NCBI GenBank assembly: GCA_964016885.1
Contig: OZ024748.1
Location: forward strand, 8,742,001 to 8,806,000
Source: Eledone cirrhosa
Taxonomy: Eukaryota
Direction of reading: 5' to 3'
DNA length: 64,000 nt
Positions 1-14,800 of this stretch are shown here, piece after piece. A program made the translations under genes and the position numbers. Below the pieces are notes generated by a model. That model had not been told where the DNA came from, did no database searches, and worked only from the letters and a program-made list of their open reading frames with translations. Positions within the stretch are counted from its first letter, which is position 1. Each line of letters starts with the position of its first letter.

Positions 1-404
1 ATGTGTGAAGTTCAAATATTGGAACCTAAGCAGCGCAGAAGATGTAGGATGTTTTATATTTTCAAAGGCTGGTTGATTCAGTTCCTTGATTTAGATGGTA
101 AAATGTTATCAGACGTCCCTTAGCTCAATGGTGAGAGCATTCGGTATCTGAGGGATATGGTGTTCGAATTTTCGTAGCAGCCGCTGTCAACATTATTTTC
201 AGACTATAAGGGTATCTACCGGATTCCAATAAGCTACTTTATTGCAACTGACTATAATTTCAGTTATTCTCTGCGCTTGAGCAACCCTATTTCTTCTATG
301 AATTCATTTCATCAGTGTTTCGTAAGTTCCATTGCTCCAGCTTCTTTGTTTATATATAAACCTTTAAGAAAAAGCAAAAATAAATGGTGCAATCCTCATA
401 TATT

Positions 405-610
405 AGTATCGGTAGAGCGTCGGACACCATGCTTTGCAGCATAGAGTTACGTCCCTTTACAGTCTCAGTTCATATCCCACCGAGATTAGCTTTGTCTTTC
501 ATCCTTACGAGGTCGATAAATAAAGTACCAGTAATGCACTGGGGTCGATTTAGTCGATTTTCCCTCCTCTTGAAATTGCTGGCCTTGTGTCTAAAGTAGA
601 ACCAATTATA
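405..610 (+). mobile_element. tRNA-derived SINE family A, long subfamily, 5' end eroded
   Basis: Aligns to about 11 other copies in the window: A-box-like agtatcggtagagcg, B-box-like gttcatatccc, central block ctttcatccttacgaggtcgataaataaagtaccag, tail gaaccaattat. Confidence 0.85.
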
Positions 611-631
611 TAGCATTATATTCTACTAGAG

Positions 632-820
632 GGCGGTGGATTGGCAGTATCGGTAGATGGTCGGACGCCATGTTTTCCAGCATAGTTACGTCCCTTTACG
701 ATCTGAGTTCAAATCCCGCCGAGGTTGACTTTGCCTTTCATCCTTACGGGGTCGATAAAATAAAGTACCAGTAATGCACTGGGTAATTGCTGGCCTTGTG
801 CCTAAAGTAGAAACAATTAT
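632..820 (+). mobile_element. SINE family A, short subfamily, full length with target-site duplication
   Basis: ggcggtggattggcagtatcggtag ... gagttcaaatccc ... gaaacaattat; flanked by attatattctac at 615-626 and 816-827; an extra 3'-end fragment follows at about 825-882. Confidence 0.9.
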
Positions 821-2138
821 ATTCTACCAGTAATACACTGATTTAATTGCTGGCCTTGTGCCTAAAGTAGAACCAATTATATATTGCTGACATTCCGTGG
901 TTTAATCGCAGGTCATTATTTCTGAGTGTCTCTAAGTATATATTTATTAAATATAAGGATATGATAATGTAATTGTATTTATTTCTAACCCGTTTAGCTG
1001 TGTTACTGCAGTTATTTATAGAAGCTGAAATATCCGACCTCCAAAAGATGTGTCAGTTATTAACTTGATTCATTACACTTAGAGGATTAACGCATTTAAC
1101 TAAAGCACGGATATTGCAACTCCTCAATACTTTTTCTCTAAAAGAATTACGTTACTTCTCCATCATGTATATGATATTCACATATACACGTCATATTCCA
1201 ACTGGGTTATTTATCGTATTTGGCTTAAGTCCTAACTTTTCTGTGTTATAATTCTGCCGAGGGCGACATCAATTTCCATCTCTATTGCGTAAGTTGGCCA
1301 CATACCAAGTAAAAACAAACACATATTGATGTCTCTAATATGAATTGAGGAAAATGTTTGAAAAATTGGAGCAATTGTTGATTATAACAATACATAATAA
1401 TATTTGTTATTAATATTACTTATATTATTATTATTGTATTTGTTATTATCAATATTATCATCATCATTGTCAACAATAGTATTACCACCGCCACCACCAC
1501 CACCACCACCACCACCACCACCACCACCACTACCTCCTCCACACATAACATCATTACTGTTAACATCATTATTATTATACTAGAGTCATTCCTCTCTTTA
1601 TCCTCACCCCCGCCAACAACTTCATTGCTTACCAAACTTACTATAGATAGTCTTCTCATACGAAAAAGAGACAGAAAGAGAAATGATAGCGAGGGAGAGA
1701 TTAGAACGAAAGAAAGAAGCATATAAAAAATTGTGTGAATGTGCATCAGAAAACGATGTATTGAAATGGTGTTTTTTATATCTGTGAAGCTGAAAACATT
1801 GCGTGTGTTCGAAGATGACTTCCAAATCGTGACACTGTTACAATATCACAAAATTCGTTAAGATATCAAACAAATTGAACATTTCTTTTGTCGAACGAAA
1901 GTAAACAAAGAACAGTTAAACATTTTTCTATAAGCTCGACAACTCTAAATAGTATCCGTGCATCTCTCGTGCATTCCTTCAATTGAAACCACGAGACAGG
2001 TCTTGTTTTGTTGTTTTTCTCGAATGCATAGAATTCCTTACAGAACAAGAAATATTTAAACACCAATGAATTTTCTTAATAATATTTTTATAACTGATTA
2101 ACATCACATGTATTGAGAAACTGACATACATATACCCA

Positions 2139-2199
<61 letters not shown>

Positions 2200-3077
2200 T
2201 AAAGACAGTTATGAGAAAGAACTAACAAAACGCTGACAGAGGGAAGGAAAAATAGCAATAGTCTTTCTTTCTAAAAACTAAAAAATATATCATGATTAAC
2301 GTCAACATTTTTATTTTATTGTCATTTTATAACAATTTAATATATTTCTATGTTACTTTAGATATTTATACAATATTTTGTTTATTTTTAAAATTAAAAA
2401 AAAATACTTCTTTGAATAATAACATGTCTAAGGTATTGTTCTCTGTAGGCTCAACAACTCATAGAATTCTAAAAATACTAGTAAAATAACTATTCTAAAC
2501 ACATATACATGCATACATATATACATAAATACATATATACATACACAGTTACATACATATATACTTAAACATAGTTACAGTGACACAAGCACACATACAC
2601 ATCCACATATACATACACACATATATATAGCCATATACATGTGTGTGCACTATATGTTTTATATATTTGCAAATATATATATACACATATACATACATAT
2701 ATATACACATACATATATGTGTGTGTATACGTATATATATATATATATATATATGTCTACACACTTATAATATATATGTAAATGTGTGTATAGTTAGCTA
2801 TATATATTTTATATCAATATACTATATATTGATAACAAAACAAATTTGAAAAGTAACATTTGATGTTATCAAAGATTGGAAGGATAAAAAAAAAACTTTC
2901 TTTCTCGTGTAATATTAATTAATATGTTAATTATATATTATTTTAATTATCTTCATTGTTTCTTCTGATGGTGATATGATATGACGCCATTTTTCTTTGT
3001 TTTTCTTTCAAGCTACTTTAATAATAATAATAATGATAATAACAGTAGTAACAATAATAATAATAATAATAATAATG

Positions 3078-3116
<39 letters not shown>

Positions 3117-3288
3117 GGTTTGCTCACTGACCAACGATGATGGCAGATGTCACTTAACTTCAGTTAACTTCAGCAATCTCCTATCAAGTGTTATCAGCTG
3201 TGAAGTTGTTGATTATTTAAAATTTGATCACTTTAAGTTTGAATATATCCGGACAGATTACTATTATTATTGTTTTTTTTTTTTTGAG

Positions 3289-3475
3289 GACGGTGGATTG
3301 GTAGTATCGGTAGAGGGTCGGACGCCATGCTTTCCAGCATAGTTACGTCCCTTTACGATCTGAGTTCAAATCCCGCCGAGGTTGACTTTGCCTTTGATCC
3401 TTACGGGGTCGACAAAATAAAGTACCAGTAATGCACTGGGTAATTGCTGGCCTTGTGCCTAAAGTAGAAACAATT
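3289..3475 (+). mobile_element. SINE family A, short subfamily
   Basis: Near-identical to 632-820. Confidence 0.9.
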
Positions 3476-3580
3476 GTTTTTTTTTTGAATTTTTTTTACA
3501 CGCAGAAATACCCACTTGTACCATCCAGTGTTGTTCTTAATGTTATACTTTATGTCAACCCTTCTGGTTAATAAAGAAAG

Positions 3581-3620
<40 letters not shown>

Positions 3621-3812
3621 GGTGGATTGGCAGTATCGGTAGAGGGACGGACGCCACGCATAAAGTTACGGCCCTTGCCATTATGAGTTCAAATCCCGCC
3701 GAGGTTAACTTTGTCTTTCATCCTTACGGGGTCGATAAAATAAAAAGTACCAGTAATGCACTGGGTAATTGCTGGCCTTGTGCCAAAAGTAGAAACAATT
3801 ATTATTATTATT
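3621..3812 (+). mobile_element. SINE family A, short subfamily, inserted in (ATT)n
   Basis: Same head, central block and tail; (ATT)n on both sides. Confidence 0.9.
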
Positions 3813-6212
3813 TTACTTACTCAAACATTGAATTACAAATCTTTAAACTGGCCACCTAACATTGACACTAATTCCATACTTCTGAAATTACTCAACAGAG
3901 AAACACAGACCCAGAGCGAGAGAAAGAGAGAGGGGGAGAGAGAGGAGTGGGTGAGATTGTGAGAGGGAGGAGGCAGGCAGGCAGACAGACAATGAGAAAC
4001 ACATAGACAAATTTGGTTCGCTTTACAGATTTCTAAGGTTCCAGATATCGCGACCGTTTCTAGCTTAAGAATTCTGGAGCGGGGTTTTTTCTCCACACAT
4101 CTAAGTTCAGTCATACTTTTGTTAAAGAGGGTTAGTGTATATATATATACATTGTAGAATATTCAACAGTAACTAAATATTATTTAAAACTAGATTTTAA
4201 ATTATCTTCTTCAAGCTGATATAGTTTATTGTCAGTTTTCATAGTGACTACTTCATATATTTTAGGAATATTCTTGTATTGCTTATGCCATTCTAAACAG
4301 ATTGGTCCTGTTTAACACTGGGGCTGTGAATAGTAACAGATGGAATTGTCGCTTTCTTCTGCCATTGTTCACCTTTAAAAACAAAAATGAGGCTTTTTTT
4401 ATTAAATGATAATACCTTTGGACTTGAAGGAAAATCTATTATTGATTCTCAAATTTTCAATATCTATAATTAGAGGAAGGAATAAATTTGGTAGTAAAAT
4501 TTAAAAAAAAACAAAAAAACATTCTGCTCATAATTATGAAACCTCCTAATTGAAAATTGAAAAGATTCTCCTCCAGTAAAATTAGAATATGTACTGATTT
4601 ATCTCCGTTCTGAAAGGTTAATTGATTCTCATTACAGATTATTCCCAAGTTGCCCTACAATGTCATTACCCACGAAACAGTACATTATTGGGGACATCGT
4701 TTACGAAATTGCATCTTTGATCCTCATTTCCAAGTGGAAATTACATGCATCTTCTGCGCAACTAAATAACATTTTAGCACCTCCCTGTCATCGTAATCGA
4801 ATTTAGCTCCATATTGCTTCACTCAAATTAGTCCCAGAGATATGCAAACGTTTTCTGAAATAAACTATTCTAAAAGTAACTTGCCCAGATTTTTTTCTTC
4901 TTTTCAAAACAGTCAGGTTTAAATTCGTTATTCCAGTAGTCTCTTTAAGACAGCTACAACCTGTAACAATATTCCCTGTGTAGTAATTTATAAAAGAAGT
5001 GAATGCAATCTTATGAAAAAAAGATGTTTTAGTTTGACAATGTGAGAAAAATCTTACTTCATGTATGATATCATTTGCCTGTAAACATAAAGATTCATTT
5101 TTTATTTAAACAACTATAGAAATTATTTAATCTAGGATAAGTCTATTGATGAATTTAATCTGCCAGTAAAGAAACATCTACAGTTATATTTAAGTAAGTC
5201 TTAGGTAATCATGTATTCGATTTGTATCTTTACTATGGTTTCATTTGCTTCTGAGTGCTATTAAGGTTTCAATTTCAAAATAAGATATGCTAAAAAAATA
5301 ATAATCTTTTTTTTTTTTCGCTTTCTTAAATGGTTAATTCCTTTCGGAATCATTTCTGTATAGGATTCATTTTATCAAAAAACTTCTTTTTAATCACATC
5401 CTCTACCTTTTCATCGTTACCATAATTGTTATCCACATCTAATATTTCTAAACATTTAGTTAATATCTAACAAATATTTTAGTTACGATTAAATGTTTGT
5501 AATCACCTTTGCCTATAACACAAACTTACAAATATTACGAGCTAATTGTTACATATATAACTACCACATATCATATACATAAAAACGGAAAGAAAAAAAA
5601 TAAAACTGCGTTTAATAGTATCCTTTAGCTATGATTTCTAATGCTTAGAAAAGTGGATTAAAATCGAGTCATACACTTTTCTGAGCAACAGTATCTATCC
5701 ATGGGTGGCAATAAATTATATTCAAGAAGGAAAAATTGTAAAACTACATTTCTCCGATCTATGACCAGTTAATATTTGAGTAAGAATTATAACTTAGATG
5801 GTTTCTATCTGAACGAAGTTTGCTAACTTCAACAATGAGAACTTCTACAACAGTTCAATATTTTATGTTTACTGTTTAATTTCTTCTTGATCGATTGTTA
5901 TAGTATCAGGTGTGTGTGGGGGTGATTATATGTTCTATGTTGATTGTGGGGCATGTGTGTAGTATGTGAACTGTGTTGGGTTGGATGTCGATTATGTTAC
6001 AATATGTTAAGTTATTATATAAATAAGTAAGTAGAGTAAGTGTTATGTAAGTTGTATTATATTGTTGTAGAGAGTAATACGTTTATAAGTTGTGAATTGT
6101 ACGTATTAAAGTTACCAGAGTCGATAATAAAAGTTGTGTGTGATGTTATTTTATTGGTGATTGTGAGGAGAGTGTGGTGTGTAAGATCTTTTATTTAATT
6201 GGGTGCAATGAT

Positions 6213-6430
6213 GGTGGATTGGCAGAATCGGTAGAGTGTCGGAGAAAATGGTTTGTGGCATTTATTCCGGTGCTTTACGTCCTAAGTTTAAATCCCGCCA
6301 AGGTCTATTTTGCCTTTCATCCTTTCTAGGTCGATAAAATAAAGTACCAGTTACATACTGGGTTCGATTTAATCAACTTTCCTCTCCCCACAAGTTGTTG
6401 GCCTTGTGCCGAAATCAGAAGCCATTATTT
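6213..6430 (+). mobile_element. SINE family A, long and older subfamily
   Basis: ggtggattggcagaatcggtagag ... gcctttcatcc...gtcgataaaataaagtaccag ... retains the tcgatttaatc segment. Confidence 0.85.
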
Positions 6431-6956
6431 GATTTGATGCCAATTATATATATTATGTGTTTTGTTCATATATTCTTATTTCTATTTTGCAATCCATATT
6501 TTCTACCTAGATCTCTCGCTTTACGGAATGTAAAAGTATCTCGCTTGTGTACTTCCCCCAGGGTTGTGGGGCCGTGTGCTAGATACAAATAATAAGGTTA
6601 TGCCGTAAGGACTCGTCTTAACGTTCAAATAGTTTGAAATACTTCATATACGAGAATTATATTGAGTCCTTTGGTTTCAAACACTGTTAATAACTCTTGA
6701 TCTGGTGATTTGCCGATACGATTGCTTTGAATAGGTAAGGAAATATAGTTTAAAAGAAGGTCGATTTTCCAAAGTTCCGCTAATACTCTGCGGTAATCAC
6801 AAACCTATTTACTCTTGTAAGGAAATATTCTTAGAACTCACTTCACTCATCTGCCACTCTATCCTCAAGCTGCTGCACGCTATTACTACAGTATTGTGTT
6901 TCTATCACAGTTGTATCGATTTATCACTTTTTGATGTACCTTACGTTATTTTCTGT

Positions 6957-6997
<41 letters not shown>

Positions 6998-7029
6998 ACA
7001 CACACGCACACGCACACGCACACACACAC

Positions 7030-7079
<50 letters not shown>

Positions 7080-7141
7080 TCACACACACACACATACACA
7101 CACACACATTCACACACACACACACGCGCACACGCACACGC

Positions 7142-7177
<36 letters not shown>

Positions 7178-7192
7178 ACACACATGCTTGCA

Positions 7193-7251
<59 letters not shown>

Positions 7252-7428
7252 GTGAGCATGAGTAAATGTGTAGTTTATTTGTGGCGTCTTGTTCATGATG
7301 TTTGGCTTATTAATGTTATTGTGTCCTAAAAAAATACGATCGCCATTGACATAACGTGATGAAAATGTGGGCACCTTACTATGTCTTATGTGTGACCTTA
7401 ATATGTATCTGTGGCTTGAACATTGGGG

Positions 7429-7505
<77 letters not shown>

Positions 7506-7725
7506 TATATTTGCTTGTTTTATGTGCGGCCCTATTAGAATAAGGAGATAGCTATTTTTTACTATCTAATCAACCCCTTTGCTGTCCATTTGACGTCAAA
7601 AAGTCCATATATGTTGTTTATTCCAGTGTGAAGTTACTTACTTAACTTAACAACACACATGAGTCAGTTTTTCAACTGAACTCTTAATCAATATCTTATA
7701 TTCTGAAGTATACTAAAAAAGACAA

Positions 7726-7825
7726 ACCTACTGAGGAGAACTGGGATTTTTTTATTTGCTAATTACCTTGTATAACTATAGTAATTAGTAGATGTTTCTG
7801 TATGGTCCGAAACAGCCGTATAGGT
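7726..7825 (+). ncRNA. Minimal type I hammerhead ribozyme motif with long stem II insert
   Basis: accta-CTGAGGA-gaac...gtcc-GAAAC-agcc-GTA-taggt; 5-bp stem I accta/taggt; one mismatch in stem II. Confidence 0.65.
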
Positions 7826-8008
7826 ATAATTAGTAATATAAGTAATAATTTTATATTCTGATTATTTTATGCCTCGTCACAAGCATTACAAGATATAATT
7901 AGTGTTGTTTCTGTAATATTGTTGTATGATTATACTCTCGTATCAGATTTTTTTAGCTTTAACAGAACAACGTAATCGAGATGGTTTATTTTGATATATT
8001 TTCGCTTG

Positions 8009-8044
<36 letters not shown>

Positions 8045-8048
<4 letters not shown>

Positions 8049-8178
8049 AAAAGTATGACCCCGGACTGCAGAGCCCTGCCGTCGAGGTCATACTTTTTCC
8101 TATTACCCACTCTACTACCCTAAGTATTGAGTACTCTGGTGCGTTATGGTCCATCTGGTTCCTTACCACAATTCCTTC

Positions 8179-8182
<4 letters not shown>
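8045..8182 (+). mobile_element. Family P1 short cassette (3' end) with small inverted 5' junction, in (TA)n
   Basis: Shares cctattacccactctactaccctaag...ccttaccacaattccttcgtt with 15400-15590; begins with imperfect hairpin ggaaaagtatgacc...ggtcatactttttcc. Confidence 0.75.
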
Positions 8183-8214
<32 letters not shown>

Positions 8215-8535
8215 ATAAAGAATGTACTCAAGCGCAGAGATGCTATAAGATAACATATAAAATAGGGTCTAGACCATGGCCAACGGCAACTCCTTTTTCC
8301 GTCTTTTTAGGAAATATTTTGGAAGAATATATATATATATATATTTATGTATATATATATATAATATAATATTTATAATATAATATTTATAATATTTATA
8401 TAATATATATATATATACATATATTTATATAGTATATATATATATAAATATATATATATATATTTATATAATATATATATATATATATTTATATAATATA
8501 TATATATATATATTTATTTAATATATATATATGTA

Positions 8536-8566
<31 letters not shown>

Positions 8567-8625
8567 TATATATATGTAATATATATATATATACACACAT
8601 ATATATATGTAATATATATATATAT

Positions 8626-8678
<53 letters not shown>

Positions 8679-9413
8679 CATGTTTGAGTACCGTAGTCAG
8701 AATAGGGAGCCATACATATGTTATCAGCAGTGGTCAGTAATATTATAATGTACAGTGTCAAATATATTCCAAAGACCTTTGCTGTTTAACTAACGTTATT
8801 CCTGTCTGGATACGTAGACCTCTAAACACTGAAATAAGAAAAATAAGAAAGAAAACCTAAAAACCGTAGATGGTAGAAATCACCCTCTGACAAGAATTAT
8901 TTAGCAACGTAGAGAACACTATTGCTGAACTGCTTACAGAGTAGTAAAAAAATTGTATCTCGTTTGATGAGAATAATCAATATTGTTTACAAAGTGTTAT
9001 TTGCTTTGAATGTTTCTCCAGTTTATTGGCTTTGACTAGGAAAAGCTGTTTGAACAGCTCAATTATGGAAACCCTCACCCAAACACCTTCTCAGTGAGAT
9101 TAAATATTTTTATTTATTCCCAAATCATGAACACACAGTCAACTGACAAAATGCCAATTTACTCCATAAAGATATTACAGGTGTAAAAAAAGAAGAAAGA
9201 CTTCGTGGCTATTCTTTCTTAATATAGATAGACACATGATGAACCTACTGCTGGAATGATAATTAATAATTACCCTCATAGTTTCTACACTAATGTGTTA
9301 TAATAAAGGGGCAGCTATTGAGATAGGGACAGATTGAGGGAGTGAATGAGAGTGAGATTGAGAATGAGAGAAAGAAGGAAAGAAGGAAAGAATTTACCGT
9401 GAATTCAACATAT

Positions 9414-9527
9414 AATTGTTTCTACTTTAGGCATAAGGCCAGCAATTACCCAGTGCATCACTGGTACTTTATTTTATCGACCCCGTAAGGATGAAAGGCA
9501 AAGTCAACCTCGGCGGGATTTGAACTC
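9414..9527 (-). mobile_element. SINE family A, 5'-truncated, with 12-bp TSD
   Basis: Reverse complement of the 3' half; tcaacatataat at 9405-9416 and 9526-9537. Confidence 0.9.
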
Positions 9528-9975
9528 AACATATAATGTTGTCTAATAAACGAATACCTGGAACTCAAAGAAACTGATAAAGGTTTGTTCTAGCTTCGAT
9601 ACAACAATCCAAAGAAAGTAATAACTAACATGGTTTAAAGGCTCAAGTCTTAGGAAAATGGTGGTATTTTGTATAGATTTAAACACTCCAACACTGTTGT
9701 TGATCTCCCAGAATTTACAGCTAAATCGGTCAGGGGTAAACCTAAAATAGTAAGTTTTAGCTAACATATTATTTATTGATAATATAAAGTCAACTAATAC
9801 AAGAAAGCGCGTGGTCCCCCATTTGCTCACAATAGTGAGAGATGGGGAAAAGGGGAGAGGCGGAGGCAGTGATGGTTCTTTTATGTTCGGACCTGGTGTA
9901 CATATGTGTATATAAGAGAGAATGAGTCTAAAAGCTATTTACAGATTATTCTTGCCTCAGTACTGAGTAAATAGA

Positions 9976-10020
9976 TGTCACTGAAGAAGGATAAATATCC
10001 TGAAACATTAGTGTCTGGTG
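9976..10020 (+). ncRNA. Minimal type I hammerhead ribozyme motif
   Basis: tca-CTGAAGA-aggata aa tatcct-GAAAC-a ttag t-GTC-tgg; perfect 6-bp stem II; GUC site at 10013-10015; stem I short and wobble-rich. Confidence 0.7.
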
Positions 10021-10858
10021 CTCTTAGAAGGTTCTGTATAATTAGTTTGGAACAATAATATTTCTAAAACCATGTATATGTTAATATTTTATAGCTGTTC
10101 CTTATATGTACAGATATATATGTGTGTGTGGATGCTTGTGTGTGTGTATATACAAATTCTGTTCTGTGACTCCGTACGCACACATAACATGGTGTTACAA
10201 GGAAGCATGAAGATTTGTAAGCAGGGCTAACTGAAGAGATTTTCTTATGTGAGTGCGTGTCTGTAATAACAGCAAATTACATGTTAGAGTTATTCTAACT
10301 ATAACATCTATTGAAATTGCTGTTTGTAACAAGGAACAGTTCTTTCCTAATACCCACTAACTATAAACAGATTATAACGTAAAACCTATGAATGTTTTAA
10401 AGTGCTAAGAAGCTAGTGACACGGGCAGATATATTAGTGTCTGACTGCACTCGAGAGATTTCAAACAAATTGAGTTCACCGAGTGAAGAATGCATTGAAT
10501 ATACAAGCAATTTTATAAATATTTATAATATAATGAAACTAGTCTTTCATTTACTGTTATGATATATGGAGCTTTAGGGAATTCAAAACTTGACGTTTAA
10601 TGAAGAAAAACGCGTTTACTTATGTATCTGTTTTATAAATATAGGATCATTAAGACAAATGTGTATATCGTGAACGAGATGAAAGATAAATAGTCATTTG
10701 CATATAAATATAAGTTTACAGAGTTGGAAATATGGGAGTCGAATGACAGGAGCCAATTGTAACTAAAAATAGTGGTTTGTGATGTTACTTTCTCATTAAG
10801 ACTAATTCTTTGACTGACACATTAATAATAGGGATTTAATATGGCAGACATACTTAAT

Positions 10859-10921
<63 letters not shown>

Positions 10922-11868
10922 CACACACATATATATGCATATATATATACACATATAATATATGTATTTATGGTTATATATGTGTGTGTGTGTATTGAAA
11001 AACAAAGAACACCAAACATATTTGAATAACAGTTCATACATCATACAGTTTCGGTTACATACATACACTCACACACACATATATGTGTATTGAACGTTTT
11101 AAGTATTATGGTATTCTAAACATCCAATATATATATATATAGATATATATATATACATATATACATATATACATATATACATACATATATTCATATATAT
11201 ATACATACATCTATATATATATATATATAGAATGGTTGTTTAAAATATATACATATATGCGTGTGTTTGTACGTGCCTGTGTATGTATGTATGCATATGT
11301 GTGTGTGTGCGTGTTTGTGTATATACATATATATATATAAAGGGCAGTGATATATAGTCCCCACTTCATCCCTTAATCCGTTCCCAGTCAATTTATTTTA
11401 ATGCCAGCCACTCGTGACCACAATAACTACAACATATATAACGTGGTCAATCAAAAGTTGTATGTACTTAAACAGATGCCGAGGAAATGAATAACAAACA
11501 GTGCAGGGGTCCGGGGTAATTGCCCTCTTTGCACCCCCACCCCCTATTAAATGCTTCTACACCGCGCGAAACTCTGTTGGTCTAGAAGGAAGATGATGAT
11601 TCATATGACGCTAAAGTTCTATTTTTCCAGTTTACTTTCTCCATCCTTTTTCGCTGACCTCCAAAAGTTCCACCCCATCGTTCATATTCCAGCTGATCAC
11701 TTCTCTCTCTCTGTACTCCTCTCATTTCTCATCTCCTGCTTTACACTATGTTTTTTTCCTTTCTCTCCGTTCAATATGCGGTTATATCTTAACCCGATAT
11801 TTCGTTTACAGCTACCCTCTTCGCGTAATCTTCATATACACTCATCGCTTCAAACTTTTCCAATTAAT

Positions 11869-12079
<211 letters not shown>

Positions 12080-12163
12080 AAGAATAATAAATTTGAAGAC
12101 TAAAATCCAAAGAGGGCTCGATAATGATAAATATATATCAAATATATAAGAACCGTAGAGCAA

Positions 12164-12600
12164 ATATTTATTAAAATAACAGATTAAAGTTTAAGCAAAG
12201 AATCGCTGCTTTCACCCTTAACGGGATCTTCTGAAACTAACAAAGTCAATCTGTAAACGCAGAAGTGGATATTTCAAAAAACGTTGCAACCGGAGGAAGA
12301 CAGGAAGACGATACTTTGGTTCGTGGGAACGTTCCCTGGCAATATGCCATAAACGTGGTTCTGTCTTTGCGCGTAATTGTTTTTCACCGCTCCTATTAAT
12401 GACGTATTATATTCGTTTTTTCCCGTTCTTTGCCAGGGAACGTTTCCACGAACCAAAGTATCGTCTTCCTGTCTTCCTCCGGTTGCAACGTTTTTCGAAA
12501 TATCCACTTCTGCGTTTACAGATTGACTTTCTTAGTTTCAGAAGATCCCGTTAAGGGTGAAAGCAGCGATTCTTTGCTTAAACTTTAATCTGTTATTTTA

Positions 12601-12608
<8 letters not shown>
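12164..12608. repeat. Long inverted repeat, 179-bp arms with 87-bp spacer, ending in (TA)n
   Basis: Arms 12164-12342 and 12430-12608 are reverse complements with 3 mismatches seen; the same 3' end recurs at 51905-51972. Confidence 0.95.
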
Positions 12609-12663
<55 letters not shown>

Positions 12664-12836
12664 TACATACATAGACGTAAGATGGCGCATGGATATCTAT
12701 ATATATTTAAATCGTGATTAGAATTAATTGTATAAAGCAATCAGTGTTATTATTATTCCACAGATTTATTTTAGGGAAAAACCTTCATAAAATTTGATCT
12801 TTTGCTTTTCAAAACGAGCTGCTAAATAAAAATGCA

Positions 12837-12880
<44 letters not shown>

Positions 12881-12959
12881 CATAAGTAAATATATATATA
12901 CATATATATATATATATGTATATAATGTTATAAGTAAATATATATATATATATATATAT

Positions 12960-13080
12960 ATAATATAAGATCAAAAGATGGTTAAAGGAGTTCCATATAT
13001 TTTATTATGCGCAATAAAAAAATAATTGCGCATAATAAAATATATGGAACTCCTTTAACCATCTTTTGATCTTATATTAT
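12960..13080. repeat. Perfect palindrome, 56-bp arms with 9-nt loop, abutting (TA)n
   Basis: ataatataagatcaaaagatgg...gcgcaat / attgcgc...ccatcttttgatcttatattat. Confidence 0.95.
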
Positions 13081-13166
13081 GCATACTCCAGTCCCACAAA
13101 CTGTAGAGTGCTTCTTATCCGATATCTGCATTGCTTTATTGTACTACAATAAAACTCACCTCCTAC

Positions 13167-13213
<47 letters not shown>

Positions 13214-13857
13214 ATATAATGTTATAAGTAAATATATATATATTCATATATATGTATGTATGTATTTACTTATAACATTCATTGGTTCCGTGATATATAC
13301 ACGCATACCCATGTACATAGGCTTATAAATACATGTATAACAACATAAGTAGTTGTGTATAGAACCCCTCTGTGTGTGTGTATAAGAAATGGCAATGTGG
13401 GTATATAATTATATTTATGCATTGCAAATGGACTTAACGTATCTATTTAAAATTGGTGCATTTAATTTTCATTTTTCTTTTAGTTGTTTTAATATATTAA
13501 AATTTGAAATATTAAAATTCCGACGTCAATTTCGATGACATTTGTAGGTTTCAGCTTTTATTCCTAAGATTGAATAAGTTTAAATGCTAACACAGATAAT
13601 ACAAACATGTGACTAATATTGTAATAGCTTTTAATATCCTTATGTAAAATAAAATCAAGATATGAACATTAGTTGATAGTCATGTGTATATATATGAGTG
13701 TAGATATGTGTGTATGGGTGTGTTTTTACATATATATATTTGTGTGTGTGTGTGTCTATATATATATATATATGTGTGTGTGTGTTTATGTGTATATATA
13801 TATATGTGTGTGTGTATATATATATGTGTGTATATATATTGTGTGTGTGTGTATATT

Positions 13858-13906
<49 letters not shown>

Positions 13907-13913
13907 GTCTAAA

Positions 13914-13953
<40 letters not shown>

Positions 13954-14232
13954 CCTATATATAAACATTTATATATATTGTTATTTTTTTGCAGGGTCAT
14001 ATATGTATGTATGTGTATGAGGATGTATGTAAGTATGTATGAATGAACTTATGTATGTATATATGTATGTATGTAAGTGTATGAGGATATATGTATGTAA
14101 ATATTGTGGATATCAAACCTTCACTTACTGATACTTCGAAGATTAATTGAAATGTAAATTCTATGACCTCCACAAACCAGATCACTTATTCCAGTAAGAC
14201 ATTGTTGACATTTTATGAGAGTATTATTATAT

Positions 14233-14302
<70 letters not shown>

Positions 14303-14482
14303 GGGAATTAGAGAGGGGGCAGAGAAGGAGAGAGAGAATAACATGACATAAACAAAACAAAGTGCATTCTAGAATAGAGTATTGCAGAAGTAAACCGATA
14401 TATATATATGTGTGTGTGTTTCTTTCTCTCTCTCTCTCTCTATCTCTATCTCTCTCTCTCTATCTCTATCTCTCTCTCTCTA

Positions 14483-14517
<35 letters not shown>

Positions 14518-14603
14518 TTCTCTCTCTCTCGCTCTCTCTCTCTCTGTAGCAGTATCCGTAGGTGGGAAAAAGGAAGAAGTGGTTATTCGGGAAGAGAGAA
14601 GAA

Positions 14604-14800
14604 ATATTATTTATTTATGTTCAAACACGGGACAAAACCGTTACCTAAGATTCCAAGACATAACATTGAGCATATCTCCAGAATGTAAGAAGGATCAAAG
14701 TTGTGAGTTATCGTACCATTGCCTGGAGATTAGGTCACAATTTTTATTGAAACTTAGGTAGCGCTTCTTCTCCGTATATGAACACAAATAAATATAATAT
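14604..14800. repeat. Diverged inverted repeat, arms about 75 bp
   Basis: tatttatgttcaaacacgg...tacctaag...tctccag versus ctggaga...cttaggta...ccgtatatgaacacaaata. Confidence 0.7.

Noticed and set aside
118-175. tRNA gene candidate (tagctcaatggtgagagca...gttcgaat)
   Set aside because: No acceptor or anticodon stems can be formed; treated as a decayed tRNA-like repeat head. The same applies to the SINE heads and 16058-16275.
275-325. CTGATGA on the minus strand near 308-316
   Set aside because: No consistent stem I and stem II around a GAAA/NUH; isolated CUGANGA matches near 10231, 16754, 22981, 29173, 33200, 33605, 45694 and 48871 were rejected for the same reason.
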